NCBI GenBank assembly: GCA_965285935.1
Contig: OZ260661.1
Span: forward strand, 112,096,001 to 112,160,000
Length of the DNA: 64,000 bases
Source: Ophelia neglecta
Lineage: Eukaryota
Reading direction: 5' to 3'
Shown here: positions 12,471 through 25,700 of the stretch, piece by piece
How the letters are laid out: every line of letters begins with the position of its first letter
Position numbering within the stretch: the stretch's first letter is position 1
Translations under genes and position numbers: made by a program
The notes under the pieces: model-generated
Databases searched by the model: none
The model's input: only the letters and a program-made list of their open reading frames with translations
What the model was told of the DNA's origin: nothing

Positions 12471-13517
12471 CCGCCCTATCATGTTGGTCGACAATGTGTG
12501 CAATCACAAGATTGGGTTACTTGAATTTGAAGATAAATTTCAACAACATAAAATTCCAGTAAAGAGTAAAAATGTAAGTAAAAATTCCCCTAAAAACTGT
12601 TGAAAAGAATGGAAAGATGTTCCCCCTCGAGAAAATGTTTGTTAATTTTCTTTTTAATATTAACTTCCCAAGTAAATTTTAAGAAACGCAATCGTTTTAG
12701 GTATGCGTTTATTGCATTGAAACACTTTCTAGGGTCATTTGCCATAGAAAAGTGTCAATTACAAATATTGGCAGCCCTTAGATTTAAGTTACCCAATCGC
12801 CTTAAATTACCATTCATTGCACTGAAACGTGACGTCGTAATTAATTTATTATGCCTACCTTTATACCATGAAGTGTTGTTCACTTTTGAAAGAAAAATGT
12901 GAAAAAGAAACTAGGAACTAGAACTAGCCCCAAACTGCAGTTTCAGAATATTATTCGAATTAGGAACTAGGAACTAGCCTCTAACTCCGGGTGGAACCCA
13001 TCGAAAACTACTACGCCTTAAGATAGACGTGCGAATCGCGCTATCCTAGTAGTACTTAACGTTACGGAGGCAAAAGGCGCAAAATAGACTTGTCCGCTTC
13101 AGGGGGGTCTCAGTTAGTTCTCTTCTTTTTGTATCGATGACTAGAGTCTTTTGGAAATAATTTTCTACCATGAATATTATCCATTGCTCCTTTTCCTTGG
13201 ATTGGGTTACAGAATATATATTGAATACAGTGTCAATAATATATTTTTTTGCAGTGTTTGAATATTAAATATACCAAGTAGTTGTTCATTAAGAGACGTG
13301 TCGGCAGCTATCACCCCTTGGCCTATAATTCCGCAGCCCAGAACGCTGAGGCCATCTCATCGTACTGCACAATGCTATTGTCCATGGTCCATGGTCGCTT
13401 GTAGCAGCTGCGAATGCTTGAAGATTACATCTTTGATGATATTACTGTTTCTAGAATCAGTCGGTGCATAATGGAAATGTTAGGCCTTCCTAGCGGTATT
13501 TTGTTTGGGTGACTGCT

Positions 13518-13788
13518 ATGGGATCGACCGGGTTGCTTTTGGATGTGGAAGTTGAAGATTTGAAGGAAATCGTATTGGAGGCGGTGGCGTGTGATGAGAA
13601 GGCCCGGTCGCGGTCTCCGGGCCGATCGCGCTACCGTCTTAGGAAGATGAGGGCACTTCCTGGGTCAATCAGCAGACGAGAGCTCCGGGGCGCCTCAATA
13701 TGTATGCTTGCCTTGTTACTGTGCTTACTGGCTTTGCTGGTCGACCGCCGCGAAAACAAGGTCTCCGACTTCGACGTTGGAGAAACAA
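13518..13788 (+). CDS. NCKX: NCKX exon 1 (N-terminus with Arg-rich segment and signal anchor)
   Basis: ATG at 13518; hydrophobic [15 protein letters not shown]; donor GTGAGT at 13789; phase 1 fits exon 2. Confidence 0.75.
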
Positions 13789-16700
13789 GTGAGTGTCAGT
13801 GGCAATAAACATGTCAAAATATATGAAGCTATATATTATATTCTGTTCCCCCGCAGGCTGTACCTAACTGTTTTACCTAGCTGAGCTGAGCTACAGCGCT
13901 CTGCAAGTTTTAATATAGATTTTGTCGCAGGTCTTGCTTTCATGGCTGGTGCTAATATGGTACGATCAATAAAATAACTGTCAACCTTATAATACCCATA
14001 TTGACATATTGTCACTCATTTATAGATAACGGCGACGACGATGTGCTAAATTTCGCTACTCTGATGCTAAGACCTACAAAAACAAAACTAGCGATAAAAC
14101 ACTGCGCTTGATAGAACCCACGCACTGAGACTGAATGGAGGCGGGGGATTGTTTTTGATTAGTCCAATTATAAGGTTTAGTACATAGCAAGCTATATAGT
14201 ATCATATGATATAGTTCGCCCTTCAGAAGGAAAAGTCAACCGAACAATAGATCGCCTATAAACAACTTTAAGGTCGTGATAGCCCTGTATTCAGTGGTTA
14301 AAATCGGAGGTATGGAGCGTTGGCCGAGGCATAGATATGTATAATAGATTTTCTTTACCTATGGCCGAGGTAAATCCCAATGACACAGAATTTTACATTT
14401 ATAATCGTTCTGTTATACACTTTCCAAACCCTAAAATTAACCCAAGCCACAGGCTTGACGATGTTGTTTTTTGAGTCGGGCAATTTAGAAATAACCGCCA
14501 CGTTTCCCTCCCCATGGTCTCTGCAATTCCTTGTTTAATCCATTACCCAATAACCAGAAAATGTTATTTTGTCCACATTGAATGGTCTGTTTATCACCAG
14601 GAATTGACAGGTGCCCAGGCTAGGAACTCATCGGTTTCACAACTATTCTCTGGACTCGCCTAGAATTCCTTCACTTTTGCAGGAAAATAAAAAACAAATG
14701 GCCAACCGAAAACATTTTTCATTGAGATACATGTGTATTGTGTAATTTTCATACTGTCTCTGCTCCTTACAACAGAGCTGCCCCTTATTCTTATGTGTCC
14801 ATTTAAAAATACAATGGACATAATTGTTAACATCCATTAAAACACTGTTGCTGTGATAAATCTCTTCACAAACATCAACATTTGGGACATTTATTTAGAA
14901 CCAAAATAAATAGATGCCTGGTGGCTGACCGATAGAATGATTTATATGTTAATATGTATGATTGTATGTATTTATGTTGTTTTAATGTATTTTTATAGTG
15001 ACTGTGTCAAATAACATGCCAACAGGTGTTACTGAATACCTATTTTTACAAAAATTATACATTTTTATGTAAATAAAGAACATACCCACATGTACATATA
15101 TAGATAAATCTAAGATTATGTATCGATAAGTCGCATTTTACCAACTATTCAGGAAAGTTTTTAATATTTCATGCTATCTGTGTGATAAATATTTGTAATG
15201 TGTCCATAATTAACTACATGTACTTTCAATAATATTACTAGGTTCATGTACATTCTAGCATCACCAATTTTTCCAACAATTGATATACCTGTTAACATGA
15301 TGAATGAGCAATATTATTTCAACAGCAATATTGTTTTCTGTGGATTCACTAGCATTCTTCAAAACAAATTACTTAAGATAGAGAAAATAGTCTTTTTTTA
15401 GTTTTAATTATAGTATGTTAAATATGTTAACTCCATGTAACATGTTAGTTAAAGCAACAACACTATACCAAAAGTTCCGGCTACCTTGGTAGTTAGTAAC
15501 ATATAGGTTGACAAGTTCAAGATGCTGCAAAACCCAACTTAACATAAGTGCATACATCTACATGTAGCAGTGGGTCTGATGTATCATTTGATACTTGGTT
15601 GTCCCAGTAGGCCAAGTTACTTGTACATTCAGTTATATCTGCCTTATTAAACGACAAACTGTACATGAATATTCTGAACACTTAGCCAAAAACAAGAAAG
15701 ACAATCTAGGCACCTCATATGCCCTCTCGCATCTGCATCGAAACCATTTTAATGTGAGCTTATCCATTTTGCTTTGAACATCAAATTTGTTTAGGCTGTT
15801 CTAGATTTAGCTTGGAAGATTTCAGAAATTCTGCATAGTCAGACCTTACGTAAAGATATTGGTTCATAAAAAATGTTTTTAGAAAAGTGTACAAACATTA
15901 AATGTGTCAAGTCACATATACATGTATGTTGTGGTTGAATGATTGTCAATACTCATTGCTAAGCAACAGGCTTTTATGTTTAACCTGGTTAAGAAAGATG
16001 CATTAAAGGTAAAGGTGTACTGTACAGTGTACTTTTAAATTGTTCTTTAACCTACTGTCTGTGGCAGTGGTAAATTTACAAGTGTAGGTCATGGTATCTG
16101 ATGACCCTCAATTATTTTGGGGCTAGGCTTCCAATGCCATGTGGTGGCTAGTGAAATATTTGTTCACTAAATCATTTACCATGCACTATGACCATAGATA
16201 AATTACAATAGGTTTTTGCCTTAAATGAATATAGATCAACACCTAGAAGAGAGAATTTTATAAGTACACATTTGAGTACAATTATTAGGTAGTAACCCTG
16301 TTTTGTCATTGCCAAATTATAAATAATACTTTATACATGTACAATTATTGTATTATAACAATTATCAGTAGAAGATCAATATATTTTTACAAATTGATTG
16401 GCATAACTACGTGTATGTGCAACAATTAAAAACTGGGAGAACCGGCAGTGCATGGTTCTAATGGGTCTAGCACTCCTAGTTTGTGATGTGCATGTACACT
16501 TACACTATAAACAGGCATTGGATAATTCAGCTAAAGTGTAGAAAATATCAACATTTTTTCACCACAACCATATTTTGAACAACAAAATATGTTTATATTT
16601 CAAATGACCCTTAAATTCTGTTCTTCCCGGGGTTGGTTGGAGAGGGGTTATTTTTACCTGTCTTTAAATCAAACCACATTATTTACACCAGAGATATTAC

Positions 16701-19700
16701 TTCCTACTTGTAATTAATTGAACTGTTATCACGCATTAAAGTGAAATTTCTGCAGTTGCATGTATATTTGCACGTTTGTTAACTGAGAGAATGAAACAAA
16801 TGATTACACAATATTTGATTTATAAAAGTTTGGGATAAATACCAGTATTATAACCATGTTTCCTTTTTAAATGCTGTTTAACATGAAATGTATGGTTACT
16901 CTAATTACTGTCTATTGATAATTTACACATTCTTGTCCATTGTTTAAATTACCTATTTAACTTTCACATTCACAAAGTCAAAACAATATTGTTTCATTTT
17001 GTTTCAGATGTAGGCCGGCATCTCCTAGCTGATATAACAGTACATCATAACTATGACCATTTAAACTGTACTCCTCGGGCCGTTGGGAATTTCCCTTCCA
17101 CCATCTTCACACAGCAGCAGAGGCTGAGGGGAGCCATCATCCTGTATATTCTTGCTGCTGCCTACATGTTTCTTGCTCTGGCTATCATATGTGATGACTA
17201 TTTTGTGCCTTCCTGCGAGTTTATCTGTGACGGTGAGTGGCTAAGAATGTTAGGAAATATTTAATACACTAACATTTATTTATTCTTTGGTTTCTTTTCA
17301 GGTAAATTGTAAGTCTCAAGGTCTATAATAATTCTACCACAGTCCCTTTATATGTTTTATGCTTGTGTAGTATTTTTATACATACATGTATTTATATAAT
17401 ATTCAAGCGGTGGTTTACCCCTCATCTTTTGGAAAATGAATAGGTGAAAACTCACTGAGTGACAACAGAGTCCATAGTATTGAGACCTAAAGTGAAATTC
17501 AAGCGTAGTCTGTACTGCCAAATTCTTTCAATGCATTCCCAGGCAGGTCTAAAGGCTTCCGTTGGGGGTGTGTGGCATAAGTCAAGGACATAAATATAGT
17601 TTACCACTCATCTTTGCAGCCACATGTACTTTTGCCATCAATGCCTCCAAAGTTTGGAGCAAAAGAGTAGGGGAGTTCAAATGGCCTAATGTATCTGCAT
17701 TCATATCTTTGATTTACTAGTCACTTCAAATGAACTTTGGACTATAATTGATAAAATCCATGAACTATTACCAGGCATACTTTTTTTTTTCACTTTGCTA
17801 TCATGAAAAAAACAGGCACTTCTCCTAAAAAAAGCACACCTTTTGGTTGTTTATTCTATAATAATAATTGTTATAAAAGAAGATGATTTACTTTATCATT
17901 ATAAATGAATTGTTTTAATGACCAATACTCCCAACTTGTTTATATTTGTGATCTCAAGTACCAGGTACCTTTAGTTTTTATTTGTTGAAAATTCGAGCAT
18001 GACTATATCAGCTTAATATGGTGATACTCCCCTGTTGTCATAGAGGTAATACATATTACATTGGATGTAATAATGTTCTATATTATAGTGATTATACATA
18101 ACTTATATCCATTGTAACAGGGAAGATATCTTGTTAAAATAATGTTACAGAATAGAGGTATGATATGCCCATAGTTGTTTTAAAAACATTGGAAACTAGC
18201 CTTTACATGTAGTTTACATGTAGTTTACATACAGCTTTAATTTCCATGTTGTCATGTTAAGTACATGTGCTGACTGTTTGTCTGTTATTCTATTGCATCA
18301 GGCTTTGGAAGTTAGACATTTTTGACTTACTTTTTACTCAGGAAAAAACATGTATAGTCATTCATCCTAGACATAAAAATCTACCTTTGTCATCTGAGCA
18401 AAATTCATTTATTTCTAGTATTTGGGCTAAGGTCTTGAAATCTTAGAAAATATTGCACTGATGCTCAGTATATTATGGGTTGGATGCATATCATAGTAAT
18501 AAGCTCTGATTTGTAAGAAAGATCTCTGTTCCATATTAGATTGCCAAAAAAGGATTGCAGAATGGTGATTAATCCCTTTTTATGATAGTACTACATTTGC
18601 ATAGGTTTTATTAATGGCCACAAATGCAGCCTGTTGTATTTGTACAGTTAGGAAGTCAGTTATTGTGTAACTGCTGTACATTTCCAACAATAAACTAGTG
18701 GCTGTATATCCAGCATCCCAGTGGGAAGCAAACAACCAATCAACTGTAATGAGATTTTTACTCTTTGTCAGTTTCATTTTGATAAACCCATAATTCCTCC
18801 TTTTCATATCCCTTGCCACTTGTAGCTTTGCCAGTTGGAATAAATGATTAGCTCAAGAAAAGCCTGTCTCGGAAGTAAGAATCAGTAGCACTTCTCATTG
18901 GCAATATCTTACACTTTTCTCCACCCATTAGATTTGATGAAATTGTTACCACATATATCCAGCTGCCTCGGAAGAAATTGAGCATTTAGTTAGGTTTTAT
19001 GAGACAAATTCCCTTAATATGATAGAAAAGGCACATTTGTGAGCCACACAATTCTGTGGACCAATTTAGCCTCAGTTTGCGAGCAGATTAAGCCTCCATT
19101 TTATGTATTTTGTAAGCCTTCAAATGTATTTTATTGCAGTTAGGGAAATTGAAGATGTACCATTTCTGCGGTTTACTTTGATAAAAACTTTACACTTCCC
19201 TTGTGAGATGTTTTATACCGGACACTTCCGTTTGAATTATTTTATGAGCAGGCAAGGCTCATGATGGAATAAAAGATAAGTGAATCTACAGCAAAATAAA
19301 TTCCCTCATTGGGTGCTGAAGCATCAGACATGTCTTGATGTCCCTGAGCATGCAAATGAAGATAGTCCCAAATGTGCTACAGACCTTACCACAGCTGGAA
19401 ATTAATGCATCTCTTTTTTACAATATCAAAATCTGCCAATGACAGCTGTACATATGGTAGACACTAGGGCCAACATTGGAATGTGTAAAGATACAAATGT
19501 AGGAAGATTATTATTGCTCTCAATAACTATTCATTTAGTATGGGAATTTACTAAGTTCACTCTGTGTAAGGATGATTGATGAATTAAAAGTTTGGGAAAT
19601 GTCGTGCCAATTATCAGTACTTGTTCAATATGTTTTTTTCTGTTAACACATGTCTCCATGCTGACAGAAAATCATGTTCTGTTGCCAATTTAATGACAAC

Positions 19701-22700
19701 AAAACATGACACTTTATATCTCAATATTATTCAGGCCTTTGGCACTGCAGGTTCAAGTTTCTTATGGCTTGCAATTACATGCATTGAACATCTATTTTGT
19801 ATAAAAAATGTTGTTTGAGATCTTGTTCACCAATTATGGCTTCTTTTGATGCTGCTCTTGAGGATCTAATTTCCATGTAAATCCTAAGTTAAGCCTAGTT
19901 CTTTGGCTGTACTTACAGTGCTTGCCTTCAGGGTCCTCCTTAGCATGCAGTACAGACTGTGGATTTGTTGGTGATCATAGACTTGCGGGTAATGGGAGAC
20001 GTTTTCAGAGCAGCTGAACCTCAGACAAGTTCTAATGTCACATAAATTGCCTTCCTGAGGGACACACCACTGAGGGGTGGGGGGGGGGTGGTGGGGTGGG
20101 GGGGTGGGGGTGGGGGGGGTGGTGGATGGGCTAGAAACTTTTATTAAGTTCTCTTATTTTTGTTAGTGCATTTTCTTATTATATTAGTACAGTTCCTATA
20201 AGGGTATCATGAAGCCCTATTCTCATGTTCACTGAAATGGTGGTTTTCCAGTCACTGCATGAAGGGGCTTTTCAATAATTGTTATTTTCTGGCTTTTTTC
20301 TTATTTTATGTATTTAATCTGAATCATGAGGTTTGTTTAAAGGAAACCTAATCAATGCTTCTACCCAGGATGCCAACACCAAACTGAAAGAATTCCCTTA
20401 ATTCAACTGCTAGTTTCGTGGTTCCAACTGTAGTTGGGGGTTGTACCTAGTCAGTATGCTCAAATTGCTGGTTTGTGACTGATCAGAACTACTAATAACT
20501 GATGCAAGCTAAAAAATGATGTCAAAACAAATATAAAAATGCCAGCCCACAATGCCTAATACCTACTTTTATGGCAAGAACCAAAATTTGTTGATCTAAA
20601 GTATTATCAGTGTAAATGTTTTCTTCAATAGTCAAAATGATGGGTTTCCCACAAAGTTCTCTTTGCATAACATCTTTGATTACTGAAAAAAAACAAAAGG
20701 CTGCGTGTTTGGATTACTCAAACAAGTGAAGCCGTTTCCACTAACTACACAATCTAAGAGTTGTACTGTTATCCACTAGGGCAAACTAATCAACTACACA
20801 AGGCTTGTTGATGAGATCTCTGGAGCCAGCCGGGGATTGTGTTTTAGTTTTATTGAGTAGTATATAAACCGTTCAAGTTGCATGCAAATGCAGAAGTTGG
20901 GGATAATAGATAAATAGCAAAAAATGCTAGCTATTGTCAACGTCCTTTTAGGCCTACATGTGCATATCAATATTGCAAGTCATTGTATTAATTTTGCAGC
21001 CCAAGAATTACTTTATACAGTGAAACCCGTATATTAAGACCACCAAAAGGACCGGAGAATACTGGTCTGATTTTGGAGGTGGTCTGTTTAGACAGGTTTT
21101 TTAACATTGAAAGTATAAAGCAACATCCTCATATTGGTTTGACAGGTGGTCTGGATTGACAGGTGGTCTGATTTGGAGGTGGTCTTCAAGGCATGTTTCA
21201 CTGTACTAAATTTTATGCCTCTAAGCCCTCTATGTTTTCCATTATCATGGAAATTTAATATCAAATCATGATTGACTTTTATAACCACTTATATATTGAT
21301 GAGCTTAATTACAGACAACATGACTATGAATATCAATTCAAGGGTTGTTAGATTTAACAGTTTTCGCTGGGTTATTTCAACTAATGATAAAAGTTAAAAG
21401 CTAAGCCGGTCAAGTATTTCATTGCATTGGTAAGTGCTACCTGTTCCTTGTCAAGGGTTCTCTATTTTGTCAATACATATTGACTTCCGATCAGATAATA
21501 ATGGGTAGGCTCCATTAATTCACTACTCCAGCTTCCCTTCATAGTGTTGTCCTCCACACATTACTCACAATACTCACCGCCATGATGGTGTGTTGGTAGG
21601 CGTCAGCTGTGCTAAGGGCTCTCAAACTCTGCTACAAAGGGAATACTTCCCATTACTATGCATTATACTAGTATGTACAGCAATTCCTATAATAAATCTT
21701 TTGTAATAATTCACCCCCTGTATTAATCAGGTGGACTGATGATTATCACAATCCTGTTACTATCCTGATGTTACCACAAATGAATGACAGCTTGTACAAT
21801 TAAATGGTGTATTTTTATGATTATGGGATGAAGCCTGCAGCATTTCAGTGTACCTGATAGATACATTAATACAAAATAAAAATTAATAGCTGCTAGTAAA
21901 TATTTAAGGTAGATAAAGATATATTCAGTCATCACAGGCAGTTGGTACATTGTGTATAGTAATATCACAAGTCAATATTAATTCAGTAGGTGAAATAAAA
22001 ATGGGGCACCTACGAGTGTACCCTACAACTTGACAATTGTCTCTTAAATTTGCAGGCGTGAAAACTTGCACTTAGACACCACATTAGCTGATCACAACAA
22101 CTAATTCAATGGACAGAGCTCCATTTTTTTAGTCGAAAGTTCTAGTGCACAAGACAATATTAATAGATATGATATTGATACATTAATGGTTTCCTTATAT
22201 CCAAAACATAATACATTTAACTGAGAATGTTTATAAAGCCAGCTGTGTGCAATAATAACATAAAGCAACTTTGTCCACCATGAATGTTCCAGAACTATGC
22301 CACTAGCACATGTGTTGTCGCTGGCAACCGACCTCCAGACCCTAGGGTTCTCATATCCTACATGCATATACAGTGTAGCAACAAAGACTTGATCGGGTGT
22401 AGTTTTGTCGACATATGGGGATCACCTGAAAGTACCCCTTCTCTCAGGGATATGTTTCCTACCCCAGCAAGCACATCCAAATTACAATCAATATCATATG
22501 TATATCACATTTTATTAGTCTTCCATGCATATTTTGAAAGGTCTTTAAAGCTTTATTCTTCTGACACAGGGTATATCCTGGTACAAGCTGGTTAGTCAAC
22601 CAATAGTTAGCACAACAGATGTCAAACTATTAAAATAATATAACTGGTAGTATGTTGTCTGCACACTTAATATAATAGGATGTTTTTTATCGCACTGAGG

Positions 22701-25700
22701 CAAGCCTTGAAATACCTCTTTCATGCTACTTTAATATTCAAAATTTGCATATATCATATTGTATCTGCTCATAGTAAACACAAACATATCATAAATAGAA
22801 CCGTTACCCTGTTTTTAATAAGGTTCATTCATTTCTTTCCTCTCTACACCTAAAGTAGTCATGGCTAAGAGGCCACCTGCCAATGACAGCTAATGATACA
22901 TGTACAGGTACTATATGTATACATGTACAAATATGTACAGTTTATATAGCCATGAATGTGTATACCATACTACAGTTAAATCTGTCAGATTATGTGAAAT
23001 TAAGAACTGGAAAAAACTGACTTTATTATGTAGGTGACCTTAATAGGCAGGTCATTTAACACAAGCTTACATTGGGATATTGACTATTATTTAATGACCT
23101 TAATAGGCAGGTGAACTGATTACACAGGTGACTATAAACATATGATTCACTGTCTTGCTATGTACATGTAGACATCAGAATTGTTAAAAGATGCTCGCTA
23201 GCTGGGAGAGTACAGTTACCCATGATCACAACAGGATGTTTTGAAACATCAGGAGCCATATTCTAAAGGATATTGTACATGTATTTTGAACTTGCTTGTT
23301 GATACTCACATCTTTCACATAACTTTGAGTAGAGCACTGCAAAATTATGCATTATCCTATGATATATATATAACCATTTTGATATTTTTATATACTGCTG
23401 CTATATAGACAGACCACAGTACCCAAGTAAGGTCCAATAAGAAAACTGTTTCATTGTCAATACCATGGAACCCCTCATAAAAGGCCACCTAATAAGTAGC
23501 CTTTTAAGAGGGGCGGTCTCTCATCAGGGGTGGAAATTCATGGCAGGTATAGCAAACCTTTTAGCAAAAATGGCTGTTTTGGCCATTTCTGCATGGTCTT
23601 TCATCAGGGGTTCCACTGTATACCCACGTAGTTATAATGTTTTTTTTTGTTTTTTTCATTGACGAAAAATTTAATTTATTTTTCTTCTTTTTCATAAATC
23701 ACTTTGATACATAAGATAGAAACAGTTTTGGAACGGAAAAACATATTGCAAGTATTTTATTGGCCTTCAAATTATTAATAAGAGGGATTATTACACACCT
23801 GTTCAGAAAGGAGTATGGCATAGATGTGTAGCCTACAATACACATATTATAGCAATGCTTCTAACTTGACTGATGTAAAGATAATGCCTGGTTTATAGGT
23901 AACAATCTTAATTAGGAGGGGATTTCTACACCCAATAAAATATATCAAGAACAGAGATTAAGCTGATGAATTTAATAATGTGAAATTTGTTCGGGCAAAC
24001 ACTGCCCGCTTACAAAATAATGTGAAGATGTGGTGAGCTTGCTCTAATGATGACTCTCACAGATCAGACACAGACTTGGAAAGATAATTACAGTATTAAA
24101 CCATACTTTTGCAGATACCTATGTAGATTTTGTACAGCTGGTACGCTTTAAGAAAATATGCTTGTAAGGCTTGTAAGGAAAAATGTTAGTTTCCACCTAT
24201 GCCTATACACTGTACACGTATAGTAAAGTTAATTGCATCAATGGTAGCATCTGTTGATTGCTATCAGGCTCGTTAATACATGTATTGAAATAAACTGATT
24301 ATGGCCTGTGAAATTGATGATTGAGATAGCGATTCAGTTTCACATATATTATTAGCCCGACAACTGGAAACTTTGCCAAACAGTCCATCCTTAAAATGCA
24401 AATAAACCCATGATTACGACCATGGCAAAATTTTAGCTCAGGAATGAAACACTTGTATTGGCTTTTTTTTAATTCTGTGAACCAACAATTGAACCCTAAT
24501 AATAAGTGACAGAAAAAAAATATATAATGGAAACAAAAATTTGCTAACCTAATGAAAATATACAGATGCATTGCCCATTACATGTACATTTCGTGTTTTT
24601 TGTACATGTACACTAATGCCTCGCTACCTTTATACATTTATAGCTCATCCGTGGCGATACTATGCACTGACAAGCATTGAAATAGTAAGAAGATACTAAT
24701 GAAACCACTACCTGTAACTACGTATATTCTATCAAAATGGGCTCTGGGTGTTTGTATCTCCCAATCAAATCACACCATTTGCAATCTAGTGTCAAATTCA
24801 TGGCTACAGGGAAGTCAGATTTATGACGAAACTTCCATCAAATGTATTACCCTTATACACTCCTCTACTCAAGAACTAAAAGAATAGACATGAGATAATA
24901 ACTCACAATAGCTCTATGGTCTTTTAGCTTTTTTATGTAGCATGTAAGATGGCATGTAATATAGGCCTCAGTGGTGTCCAAAAGTTAATATTATCCACTT
25001 TTAATGAAACTTGGATACAATGCTTTGGGGCATATCTGTTCAATAACCAGCCGGATTGTCTCATTAACCCTGAGCAATTCCCACCAGGTCGTAAAGAAGT
25101 GCTGAAATTAAGCTTGTCCAGACAATAACTTAGTATTTTTTTTCTAAACTTGATGGTAACATGTAATGGGAAAAATTCTAGGCCAAAATAGATCAGCAAG
25201 CAAACTGTGCAAGTAACACCCGAGTTGTGGTTTTAAGTGACAAAATTATGAATCCAACCTGCAGCGATTTTTGAAGTGTATGCCCATTTCCATTGAATTC
25301 TAGTTGGCAAATTATCCACCACAGTAATGCACTGTGAGAGGGGTGAGGCATTGTCATGAATTGGACAGTGATTTTGTCAACTGAAAACAAAAAAATCAGA
25401 TATGCTCTGTCAAGGTTCATCATATTTTAAAGGATATTGGATTTACTGGAATGCCAACAGTATGGAAGAGAAACATACCCATATATGTGTACATGTTTAA
25501 GTTTGTGCAGGAAATCTATTATCAGTCAGTCACAAATTTCTCTAACACAGCTTAAAGGCAAGTAAACGTACAGATTAAAGCAAAAGCAAAGCCGTTTGTA
25601 TATTTTTTTATTTATAGAATACTCAACCCTTACTTGCTTACAGTAGTTAAGAAATATTAGCTGAAGATGGTTCAGTTATAGAATGTGAGTGTCATGTAAT

